A stretch of DNA of 41,459 nucleotides from positions 1-41,459 of the forward strand of contig MEYC01000077.1 in NCBI GenBank assembly GCA_001775715.1, read 5' to 3'. The position numbers and the translations under genes were made by a program. Within the stretch, counting starts at the first letter, position 1, and each line of letters opens with the position of its first letter. The notes under the pieces were generated by a model, which was given only the letters and a program-made list of their open reading frames with translations, had not been told where the DNA came from and searched no databases. Of the stretch, positions 39,847-41,459 are shown piece after piece. The DNA is from Candidatus Aminicenantes bacterium RBG_16_66_30. GTDB lineage: Bacteria > Acidobacteriota > Aminicenantia > Aminicenantales > Saccharicenantaceae.

Positions 39847-41429
39847 CAGAAGACCCTCAGCGGCTCCCGGAGCATGCGGGCCAGCCGGTCGAGCTCGCGG
39901 GGCGTTCCCTCGTCGAGGCGGAGGACGACGTAGGCGTTCTTCTCGTAAAAGAAGCTCCCTTCCGGGACGAAGCTCAGGAGGTTGTTCGTGGCGTATTCGG
40001 CCCAGGTGTAGATGAGCGGCCGGACCCAGTAGACGTAGTCGCCGTCGGAGGGCGCGTAGAAATAGGTCCCGGCCTTGAGGGCGAAATCGCCGCCGAGGCC
40101 CAGGTTCGACGCCGCCGCCGCGAGGCGGACGCTGAAAAAGCCGAATTTTTCCTTGGTGTTGACGAGCCCGACCCAGGCGAGGTCGGGCGGGGCGATGTGG
40201 GCGAGCCCGAAGGGCATCTCGGGGAGCTCCGCGAGCGGGCCGGTGACGACCTCGCCGTCCGCGGTCCTGTACATATAGCTATCGAAGAGCTCTTTGTAGA
40301 GGACCATCTCGTCGTTGCGGACGGCGATCGCGCCGACGTCCTCCGCGAAGGTCATCATCGTCTCCGAGATGAACCAGGGATGGAAAGCGTCGACCCGGTA
40401 GCGGACCTCGAGCGAGACGTCCCGGATCCGCGGCATCGGGCCTTTTCGCGCGTTGATGTAGACGAAGGGGCCCGGCTTATCCTCGAACGATGCCGGGGGA
40501 TTCCAGTCGAACGAGTGGTCCCAGGCGACGCCCGGGACGAAGACGTCGGGGTTCCAGTGGATGACGCCGGCCTTGTTCCAGAGCTTGATCCCCGCGGCGG
40601 GCGCGTCGATGGTCAGGATCTGCCCGCTCTTCGGATGGAAGCCGAGGACGAGATGAGGCGTCGTCAGGGTTTTTCCAAGGCCTTCGCCGGCGAGGCTGAT
40701 CCCTTTTATCGTTTCTAGGGGCTGGGCCCAAGACTTGGGCTTGAGGACAAGGAGGAGCTTTCTCCCGTTCGGGTCGATGCTGAGGGGGCAGGCGAGCTTC
40801 GCCGTTACAGAGGGGGGATTCGATCCGGCTACGCTCTGCACGGGATCGGAGCCCTCGAAAGCGATGACCTGGAAGGGGAGAGGGCTCTCCGCATAAGGGA
40901 TAGGGTTCTCCCCGTCGAACACCAGGAATTCCGGGGCCGGGAGGGCCGCTCTCGAAGCCGTGACAATGAGCTCGACGACCTCATCGGTCCGCCGGATCCC
41001 GGCGCTCTCCACGACCTTGAAGACGCGGTGAAAGCCTTCGGCACATCCCAGGGGGACGCCGCCTGCGGCGGGAGAGAGCGCATCGAAAGCGCGCTTGTCG
41101 ATCTTGGCCGGGTCCGTCCCATGGCAGAGGACGGTGAACGCATAGCGCTTTTTCGAGGCCCAGGCATGGTCGAGGACGATCTCGTAGGCGCCCTTTTCGA
41201 GCGGCTGGGAGACGTCGGCGGGCTTGCCGGCGCGAAAGACCCGGAAAGGCCCGAAGGGGGCCCCGTCGAGGAGGACCCCCTTGAGGGAGAGCGGTGTCGC
41301 GGCGACCTCGAACGGCAGGCGGATCTCGTAGCGGGGCGCGTCCCAGGTAGGGGCCGTGAATCGCACCTCGGCCGCGACGACGACGGACGGAGCGAGAAGG
41401 GCGAGGGTCGCCAGCACAGATCGCTTCAT
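39846..41429 (-). CDS. Exported hypothetical protein (527 aa), first gene of the operon with the PIG-L deacetylase and xylulokinase-like kinase
   Basis: Signal peptide MKRSVLATLALLAPSVVVAAE and GGAGGGAAAG Shine-Dalgarno sequence. High GC3 throughout. I recognise no family. Its stop and the PIG-L start are juxtaposed as TGATG. Confidence 0.7.
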   Translation of the reverse strand: MKRSVLATLALLAPSVVVAAEVRFTAPTWDAPRYEIRLPFEVAATPLSLKGVLLDGAPFGPFRVFRAGKPADVSQPLEKGAYEIVLDHAWASKKRYAFTVLCHGTDPAKIDKRAFDALSPAAGGVPLGCAEGFHRVFKVVESAGIRRTDEVVELIVTASRAALPAPEFLVFDGENPIPYAESPLPFQVIAFEGSDPVQSVAGSNPPSVTAKLACPLSIDPNGRKLLLVLKPKSWAQPLETIKGISLAGEGLGKTLTTPHLVLGFHPKSGQILTIDAPAAGIKLWNKAGVIHWNPDVFVPGVAWDHSFDWNPPASFEDKPGPFVYINARKGPMPRIRDVSLEVRYRVDAFHPWFISETMMTFAEDVGAIAVRNDEMVLYKELFDSYMYRTADGEVVTGPLAELPEMPFGLAHIAPPDLAWVGLVNTKEKFGFFSVRLAAAASNLGLGGDFALKAGTYFYAPSDGDYVYWVRPLIYTWAEYATNNLLSFVPEGSFFYEKNAYVVLRLDEGTPRELDRLARMLREPLRVF

Positions 41430-41459
41430 CTTTCCCTCCAGGCCCCTATTCTACGACAG

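Noticed and set aside
1-41459. tRNA, rRNA or tmRNA genes, prophage, or defence-island hallmarks
   Set aside because: Scanning the few non-coding stretches by eye revealed no cloverleaf-like T-arm or anticodon-arm signatures. No rRNA-like segments were seen. No nuclease, helicase, methyltransferase or toxin-antitoxin style genes are present. The intergenic space is too small to hide such genes.

Overview
This is a 41.5 kb, visibly GC-rich, gene-dense window from a diderm bacterium. A CarboxypepD_reg/TonB-type outer-membrane protein and a TolC-RND efflux system support the diderm call. The style resembles Acidobacteriota, but taxonomy cannot be assigned from this sequence alone. I support about 33 coding regions, and found no rRNA, tRNA, CRISPR array, transposase or integrase. 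Gene content from left to right:

- An isoprenoid operon on the minus strand: ispH (with an apparent 1-nt frameshift), a polyprenyl synthase, a PilZ protein and a terpene-synthase-fold protein.
- An exported CocE/NonD peptidase.
- A five-gene minus-strand operon with the order SDR, PAP2, SDR, CPBP, SDR.
- A TonB-type outer-membrane protein.
- A small His-rich ORF followed by czcCBA-type heavy-metal efflux genes.
- Two translationally coupled APC amino-acid permeases.
- A 4-OT tautomerase.
- A phospho-signalling and nucleotide-transporter island at about 22.9-33.2 kb.
- A NamZ-like lipoprotein, a GS-like plus URO-D-like gene pair, and a minus-strand operon of an exported protein, a PIG-L deacetylase and an FGGY kinase.

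The most interesting region is the 22.9-33.2 kb island, which holds two convergent modules:

- The first is an Rsb-type partner-switching set (STAS, FHA-GAF-PP2C and an RsbW-like kinase) with no sigma factor. It encloses a TLC (ATP/ADP-translocase family) transporter fused to a HEAT-repeat domain.
- The second is an operon encoding a signal-peptide-bearing PPP phosphatase fused to a kinase-like domain, a second TLC transporter, and two more exported paralogues of the same PI3/PI4-kinase-like domain.

I propose, as inference, that the second module is an extracytoplasmic phosphorylation system fed by a nucleotide transporter.

Other observations:

- A 27-nt-arm palindromic repeat family sits at two gene ends.
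- Promoters recur 7-9 nt upstream of start codons, implying leaderless transcripts.
- The idsA-pilZ spacer carries mutually exclusive inverted repeats.
- A perfect tandem 10-mer lies in front of the PP2C gene.
- Many long antisense ORFs in the track are GC-driven artefacts.
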